The notes beneath the pieces were generated by a model. That model was given only the letters and a program-made list of their open reading frames with translations. It ran no database searches and had not been told where the DNA came from. A stretch of 52,410 bases of DNA. Origin: a virus. Lineage: Duplodnaviria > Caudoviricetes. The first letter of the stretch is position 1. Every line of letters begins with the position of its first letter. Shown piece after piece: positions 47,124 through 52,410 of this stretch. The stretch is from positions 1-52,410 of IMG/VR virus record IMGVR_UViG_3300048852_000035. The stretch is one strand, 5' to 3'. The position numbers and the translations under genes were made by a program.

Positions 47124-47801
47124 ATGAGCCATTTCTCGAAATTCGATCCGACCGCGATCCGACTCGCGCCAGCGCTCGACCTTGAGGTCAAGGCGGCCGG
47201 CGACGGGCTTATCGAAGGTTATGCGTCGACATTCGGGGGCAAGCCGGATCGTGCCGGCGATATCGTCGCCATGGGAGCCTTCGCCCGGACCCTCGCTGAG
47301 CATTCCCGCGAAGGCACGTCGCCGGCCATGTTGTGGAGCCATCAGATCGAGGCGCCAATCGGCAAGTGGACGGCGCTCCAAGAAGACCGTGACGGTCTGC
47401 ACGTCGCCGGCCGGATCAACCTCAAGACCACGCGCGGCCGGGAGGCGTTCGAGCATATTGCGGCCGGCGATGCCGGCGCTTTCAGCATCGGCTATTTGGT
47501 CCGCGAAGGCGGCAGGAAATATCTCGGCAACGGCGTTTTTTCCCTGACGGATGTCGACCTAGTCGAGATCAGCGTCGTCACCGTTCCCGCCAATCCACGC
47601 GCTCGGATCGCCGGCGTCAAAAGCCTTACCAACAAGGGCGAGCTTGTCGATCTTCTACATGATGCCGGCCTGGCAAAGGCCGCCGCAAAACAGATCGCCA
47701 ACGGCGGTTGGCCGGCGCTCTCCGGCGACGATACCCAGCAAAAAGCGGCGCGCCTCCTGGCCGCCATAGACGCCGCGACAGCGCGGTTAAGGAGCGAATG
47801 A
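47124..47801 (+). CDS. HK97-family prohead protease (satellite)
   Basis: EGYASTFG, MLWSH, PIGKW, FSIGY, EISVVTVPANP. Confidence 0.95.
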   Translation: MSHFSKFDPTAIRLAPALDLEVKAAGDGLIEGYASTFGGKPDRAGDIVAMGAFARTLAEHSREGTSPAMLWSHQIEAPIGKWTALQEDRDGLHVAGRINLKTTRGREAFEHIAAGDAGAFSIGYLVREGGRKYLGNGVFSLTDVDLVEISVVTVPANPRARIAGVKSLTNKGELVDLLHDAGLAKAAAKQIANGGWPALSGDDTQQKAARLLAAIDAATARLRSE

Positions 47802-47802
47802 C

Positions 47803-48999
47803 ATGACGTATTACGAGAAGCATTTGACCCGTTCCGCCGCCGCCCTCTTGGCCGCCGGTCAGCATCTCCGCCGCAAGGATGCCGGCGGCGCAGATGAAAT
47901 CTTTGAGCAGCTATCTCACAAGTTCGGGGAGCACGCGGCTACAGTCATGAAGAAGCTTGGCGAGGCTGACGTGAAAATGGCTGCGTTTGCCGAGCAGGTC
48001 GCGGAGATGGAGCAGCGGCACGCGCGCGGCGGTGGCGGCTTTCAGCCGGCGCAGCCCGACACGTGGGGTGAGCAGTTCACAAAGCATAAGGGTCTGGCGG
48101 CCTTCCGCGAGGAGCATAGCCGGCCCGGTCGCTTCCGCGTTGAAATGAAGGCCACCCTGACCAATGACCCTGCCTCCGGCGGCAGCCTGGGTGTCCCGAA
48201 GCGCGATCAGGTCAGCATGATGCCTCGCCGTCGCATGGCCGTGCGCGACCTCCTACCGGTCGTCAGCGTCTCGTCGAATGCCGTCGAATATCCTGCTCAG
48301 ACCGGACGGACGAACAACGCCGCACCGGTGGCCGAGGGCGCGGTCAAGCCCGAGTCGGCGCTGGCGTTTGAACTGCGGACGCTGCCTACGCAGGTGATCG
48401 CGCACTGGATTCCAGCCAGCCGACAGGTGCTTGAGGATGTGCCGCAACTGCGAGACATCATCGACGGTGAGCTTCGCTACGGCCTAGCCTTTGTCGAAGA
48501 GGGCCAACTTCTCTACGGTGACGGCAACGGCAGTAATCTCGACGGCATGGTGCCTAACGCCACGGCCTTTGCGGCGCCGTTCACGATCAGCAGTGCGACC
48601 ATGATCGATACGGTCGGCTTGGCGATCTTGCAGAATGCCTTGGCCGATTTCCCGGCGGACGGGATCGTCATGCATCCGTCGGACTGGATGCGGATACGCC
48701 TGTTGAAGGACGCGGACGGCAAATACATCCTCGGCGACCCGCAGGCGGTGATCACGCCCGCCTTGTTCGGATTGCCGGTTGTGGCTACGCAGGCGATGGC
48801 CGTCGACAAGTTCCTCGTCGGTAACTTTCAGGTGGCGGCGACGCTCTACGACCGCTGGGCGGCGCGGGTCGAGGTCAGCACCGAACACGCCGACTTCTTC
48901 GTCAGAAACCTCGTCGCAATCCTTGCTGAGGAAAGGATCGGCCTCGCCGTTAAGCAGCCGCTCGCTTTGACCTACGGCGATTTCGGCAACGTGACGTGA
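47803..48999 (+). CDS. Major capsid protein, HK97 gp5-like (satellite)
   Basis: VAEGAVKPES, IAHWIPASRQVLED, LLKDADGKYI, LFGLPVV, AILAEERIGLAV. Confidence 0.95.
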   Translation: MTYYEKHLTRSAAALLAAGQHLRRKDAGGADEIFEQLSHKFGEHAATVMKKLGEADVKMAAFAEQVAEMEQRHARGGGGFQPAQPDTWGEQFTKHKGLAAFREEHSRPGRFRVEMKATLTNDPASGGSLGVPKRDQVSMMPRRRMAVRDLLPVVSVSSNAVEYPAQTGRTNNAAPVAEGAVKPESALAFELRTLPTQVIAHWIPASRQVLEDVPQLRDIIDGELRYGLAFVEEGQLLYGDGNGSNLDGMVPNATAFAAPFTISSATMIDTVGLAILQNALADFPADGIVMHPSDWMRIRLLKDADGKYILGDPQAVITPALFGLPVVATQAMAVDKFLVGNFQVAATLYDRWAARVEVSTEHADFFVRNLVAILAEERIGLAVKQPLALTYGDFGNVT

Positions 49000-49592
49000 T
49001 TGCTACTTGAGCCATTTGAGCTACCGGAAACAGAGTCCATCGTGCTTCCCCTAGCTATTCCGCCCGCGAGGTAAAGCGTGATCATGGTCACAATCAGCAC
49101 AAGCATTACTGACTTGTAGAAAAGCTCGATCTTGCCGTCTGAATGCAGCTGTTTATCCTGACGAAATCTCTCGTGCCGGACGAGTAACCACGCCAGCCAG
49201 TTTACCGGCCATCTCGGCTTATATGGACTGACATCGCCGATAGCAGCACTCAATGACAACTCGGGTATGTCTGTGCTGTATTTGGTTTCGATCTTAATCG
49301 CGTGTTTGACGGACCCCGTAAGGAGTCGATGGTACCAGTAACGATCTATGAAGTAGAAAAGCCAAGTGGCGAAAAGCCCGAAGGCGGCTACGATGATGGC
49401 ATACTGAACCTTCATTCCGAGCAAATCGAGAGTGAGTTTTTTGTCAATTGTGAAGCCCATGGCCGCGAAGAAGGCCAATAGGATTGTTACAAACATCCCT
49501 CGAATTCGCATGCTTATTTCGTTGAAATGCCGCTGAACTTCAACAACGGACTTCCAAATCTCAATAATCTGATCTCGTTCTTCGTTTTGCAT
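48972..49592 (-). CDS. Three-TM membrane protein, partner of the HAD hydrolase
   Basis: Three hydrophobic segments; 5 bp downstream of the HAD gene. Confidence 0.8.
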   Translation of the reverse strand: MQNEERDQIIEIWKSVVEVQRHFNEISMRIRGMFVTILLAFFAAMGFTIDKKLTLDLLGMKVQYAIIVAAFGLFATWLFYFIDRYWYHRLLTGSVKHAIKIETKYSTDIPELSLSAAIGDVSPYKPRWPVNWLAWLLVRHERFRQDKQLHSDGKIELFYKSVMLVLIVTMITLYLAGGIARGSTMDSVSGSSNGSSSNHVTLPKSP

Positions 49593-49597
49593 TTTAT

Positions 49598-50482
49598 TTA
49601 TGCCCGCGCAGCAAAGTCGGCAAAGTCGAATAAATTCAGAATTTCTGAATACGTCTCTTCAAGCGTATACGTGGGATGAACGTGCTCGCGCTCCTTTATT
49701 CTCTGTTCCCGCTCAACCTCCTGCGGCGTCCAGTGCGTCACCTCTTGAAGAAGTTTATATTCCGGACGCTTATGCGCTTGCCCAAACTTGGCCCAAACGT
49801 CGTCAATGCCGCAATCAATTGCCATTGCAACGTCTTTCATCAGATTGTCGCCAACGTAGACGCAATCTGCCTTGCTGAGCCCGAGATTGCTAATGATCGT
49901 ATTCAGCACCACGGGGTCGGGTTTCTTCGAGCTGCGCGGCGTGAATTCTTGCTTCGTATATGTGAGCTCATATCGCTCGGCCGGGTACCTGCGGAAATCC
50001 TCTGGACCCAGACCTTCCGGCAATAGATGGTCCCGGGGGCAAAATACGAAATCGAGTACTCCATCTAAGCCTAATCGGCGGAGGCGATAGTTTGAATAGA
50101 ACGCCATCGATTCGGTGTAGCCAATAATCCTGGCCCCACGACCTTTGATCTTCAGCAGTGTCTCGGCCACAGTCGGGTAAAGTTTTAGATGCTCGCTGCG
50201 TTGCTCGCGGTAAATTTCAATCGCTCGAGCGAACACTTCGGTCGCCGGACGGCCGTCGAGAATGCGTTTCAGCGAAGGAAGTTCCTCGATCAAGAACGAA
50301 TACTCTGAGGTCCCGTGCGTTTGGTGTACTGCCGCAATTTCGGGGATAAGCGTCTCTCTGGATATGCCGCTGATCGCAGCGATCTCGTCCAGCATAGGAG
50401 AGAAACAATTTAACCAAAGCTCCACCCAGTCGAAGAGTGTGTTGTCCAAATCCGTGATCAGCGCGCGCTTTCTGGTTCGCAT
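49598..50482 (-). CDS. HAD-superfamily hydrolase
   Basis: Motif I DLDNT, motif II GYTES, motif III KPDP, motif IV GDNLMKD. Confidence 0.92.
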   Translation of the reverse strand: MRTRKRALITDLDNTLFDWVELWLNCFSPMLDEIAAISGISRETLIPEIAAVHQTHGTSEYSFLIEELPSLKRILDGRPATEVFARAIEIYREQRSEHLKLYPTVAETLLKIKGRGARIIGYTESMAFYSNYRLRRLGLDGVLDFVFCPRDHLLPEGLGPEDFRRYPAERYELTYTKQEFTPRSSKKPDPVVLNTIISNLGLSKADCVYVGDNLMKDVAMAIDCGIDDVWAKFGQAHKRPEYKLLQEVTHWTPQEVEREQRIKEREHVHPTYTLEETYSEILNLFDFADFAARA

Positions 50483-50604
50483 CCTACCCCTCAGTGTTCG
50501 GTCCGCCATTTGTCGATGCGCTTTGTAATGGAAACAGATCAAAAGTCCACGTCACGCGCGATAGAGTAACGGGGCGCCAGCGCACAAATTTGTACAAATG
50601 GTAC

Positions 50605-50700
50605 GCAGTGCGGGGGGGCGGCAAAATCTTGCCCTATCTATGCAGCGACGGACCCGCGCCGCCCTCACGCGGAGAATTTTTGGTTGGTTCCAAAAAACAG
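50605..50700 (+). other. cos-like packaging signal of the satellite
   Basis: G7 run (50612-50618), GGACCCGCG (50650-50658), then GAGAATTTTT just upstream of the TerS-like gene. Confidence 0.5.
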
Positions 50701-50724
50701 GGCAGGAGGTTTTTCCCTACCGCC

Positions 50725-51033
50725 ATGAAAATTACCCGAAGCAGAGGTCGGCCGCCGCATACCCCCAGCCTGATCGACCGCCGTGTCGTGGAGCTGTTGG
50801 CTTCAAAGGGAGTTCCGCAGGCGCAGATTTGCTCGGTTTTGGGTATCTCCGAGAAAACGCTGAGGCGTCGCTATCCCGAGCAGTTACACCGAGGCGCATC
50901 GAAGCTCGAAAGCGCTCTAGTCATGCATTTGTACCGCATTGCCTGCGGCATGGACAGGACCGCCATGCGAGCCATCGAGTTCATATTGAAGGCGCGTTTC
51001 GGTTGGAGCGAATTCGCGCCCCCGCGCCGCTAA
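50725..51033 (+). CDS. HTH protein resembling a terminase small subunit
   Basis: GRPPHTP...GVPQAQICSVLGISEKTLRRRY...AIEFILKARFGWSE. Confidence 0.65.
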   Translation: MKITRSRGRPPHTPSLIDRRVVELLASKGVPQAQICSVLGISEKTLRRRYPEQLHRGASKLESALVMHLYRIACGMDRTAMRAIEFILKARFGWSEFAPPRR

Positions 51034-51099
51034 TGCACCAACCGGCCTCGGCGAGCGTTGGGAACCACTGGGGTATTTCTCTGGTCACAGCCGCTCAAT

Positions 51100-51330
51100 G
51101 TCATGCTGGGTTTTTGGATAACCCGGCACCGTGCAGATTTTGCGAGCCCGACCGTTGCCTTTTGCGCCTGCCGCATCTGATCAAGCCGCCTTGTCGCCCG
51201 TATCCGAGTTTCGCCAGCCTCGGCGAGGGTTGGCATAATTGGGTTTTTCTGCATCCCGATTTCCGGGGGGCGCCCAGCCTTGCAAGCCCGCAAGGGTGGG
51301 ACGCGGGTTTTCGGCTAACCCCGCGTGCCC
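51100..51330 (-). pseudogene. Possible decayed phage gene fragment
   Basis: PTLAEAG and RIRATRRLDQMRQAQKATVGLAK resemble linkers of phage DNA-binding/methylase proteins; no intact gene. Confidence 0.35.
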
Positions 51331-51468
51331 CTGTTGAGTCCGACCCAAGCGCGGGCGCAACTACCCCGGTTTCTGGCGACCGCCTCTGGATAACCCGGTC
51401 GTCTCGACCGCAACGGTGAGAAAGAAAGACGTGCCAGCGATATATGACCGACCAGAGTTCCGCCTTGC

Positions 51469-51717
51469 TCATTCGTAGGCGATACCACGCTTGAAGAACC
51501 GGCGTACCCTCTCAGTGAGTGAATTAGGGTCGGGAACTAAGGGCCAGTTCCTTTGAAAGGGTTCTTTGTGCTTTTCCCATTCCTCGTCAGTCAGGGCTCG
51601 CCCCATTGTCTGTTCCGCTGCGGCGCGAGGCGTTTTCAGGCCGATGTATTTGGCCATGTAAATGATCCGCTGCACCACTTGATCTTGTTCGCTAGGTGAA
51701 CCCACGAAAGCCTCCAT
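51469..51717 (-). CDS. Hypothetical protein
   Basis: 82 aa from ATG 51717; protein-like GRALTDEEWEKHK. Confidence 0.5.
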   Translation of the reverse strand: MEAFVGSPSEQDQVVQRIIYMAKYIGLKTPRAAAEQTMGRALTDEEWEKHKEPFQRNWPLVPDPNSLTERVRRFFKRGIAYE

Positions 51718-52135
51718 CGATCTCAGGCTTTTTGTAGTTGCAACAGCTGAAAAATTCAATCGACCCGGAGGCTTTAAGCCCCGCAAGGAGCGGCCAGCGC
51801 TCCACGGCGCGGATGCTCGGGGTGAGTCACACGACAATCGGTGATGATTTGAGGAGCGGCAAAACGCTGCCAGCGCCCGAATCGAAGGCCCTGGGAAGCA
51901 AGCCCGCCGAGAATTTAAATGGCAATGATCTGCCGCCTGAGTAGTTTAAGGATAAGGAAGCCAACCCGGCAAAGCCCGCCAAGGGCAGACCTACAAGGCC
52001 GCTTCCCCAGCGCCTTCTGCCCCGGCTATACCCGCGAAGCGCGTCCTCGGGCTCCGGAGGCGGCAACGCGGGCCATCAGGACGGCTCTTTCCCAGGTGCA
52101 TTTCATGTTCTTACGGCGGGGTTTTGTGTGCCATC

Positions 52136-52223
52136 TATGTCGCAGTCTATGTCGCATGGACCCGCTGGCACTAAAAAGGACTCATTGGAAAACAAGGGTA
52201 TTTCTTGCGACATAACTGCGACA
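52136..52223. repeat. Integrase arm-type sites at the right end of the satellite
   Basis: TATGTCGCA at 52136-52144 and 52148-52156; TTGCGACATAACTGCGACA (52205-52223) is the exact reverse complement of 41603-41621. Confidence 0.8.
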
Positions 52224-52284
52224 AAGGCCCCGGAAAAACCGGAGCCAATCTCATCTAAGCCGCTGATATCGTTAGGGAATTTGT

Positions 52285-52361
52285 TGGTAGCGGAGGAGGG
52301 ATTCGAACCCCCGACACAAGGATTATGATTCCTCTGCTCTAACCTACTGAGCTACTCCGCC
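52285..52361 (-). tRNA. tRNA-Met(CAT), elongator type, 77 nt with encoded CCA
   Basis: GGCGGAGTAGCTCAGTAGGTTAGAGCAGAGGAATCATAATCCTTGTGTCGGGGGTTCGAATCCCTCCTCCGCTACCA. Confidence 0.96.
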
Positions 52362-52410
52362 GCCGGTGCCGTGAAGCTTCTGAGCGAAGCCCGTCTTGGC
52401 TGGTCGGGCG

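Larger units (their letters stand above)
41516..52332. mobile_element. Phage satellite (PICI-like), 10,767-bp unit, with own capsid protein and protease
   Basis: 50-bp direct repeats; int, divergent regulators, helicase, ori, protease, MCP, TerS-like; no tail, lysis, portal or TerL genes. Confidence 0.9.

Noticed and set aside
47124-51033. Classification as a canonical cf-PICI or a second prophage
   Set aside because: No portal, TerL, head-tail connectors, HNH, tail or lysis genes between the att repeats
50598-51419. 273-aa ORF
   Set aside because: Alternative frame over the cos-like site and TerS-like gene; Arg/Pro-rich with no motifs
51790-51944. HTH-like peptide STARMLGVSHTTIGDDL
   Set aside because: No convincing start or RBS; at most a gene remnant
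52128-52328. ORF ending LVAEEGFEPPTQGL like the serine integrase
   Set aside because: It is only the antisense reading of the tRNA repeat plus arm sites, not an integrase fragment

Overview
GC-rich alphaproteobacterial DNA, probably Rhizobiaceae (inferred from gene families and a GAAC-N7-GAAC LexA box). Two elements sit in tandem at the 3' end of an elongator tRNA-Met (52285-52361, minus strand). (1) An apparently complete ~41.4 kb HK97-like siphoprophage (115-41529) bounded by the 13-bp core TTGGTAGCGGAGG. Its large serine integrase reads through its own att site. Integrated, it ends in a 10-aa tail encoded antisense to the tRNA. Excision would fuse it in frame to a different 37-aa tail at 128-240. 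The prophage also carries a CI-like repressor with a dead-looking S24 domain next to an HExxH peptidase, a Prim-Pol/helicase with an iteron origin, full head/tail/lysis modules, an SGNH-type tail spike, and cargo (Xre+HEPN, HipA-like kinase+DUF3037, ATP-dependent ligase, LexA-box operon). (2) A 10,767-bp satellite flanked by a 50-bp tRNA-derived direct repeat. It has a tyrosine integrase, regulators, an AAA_25 helicase and origin, its own prohead protease and major capsid protein, a cos-like site and a TerS-like gene, but no portal, TerL or neck genes, plus a HAD hydrolase+3TM candidate defence pair. The best novelty candidates are the capsid-only satellite and the recombination-switched integrase C-terminus. 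All family calls come from reading motifs by eye; no database search was run.
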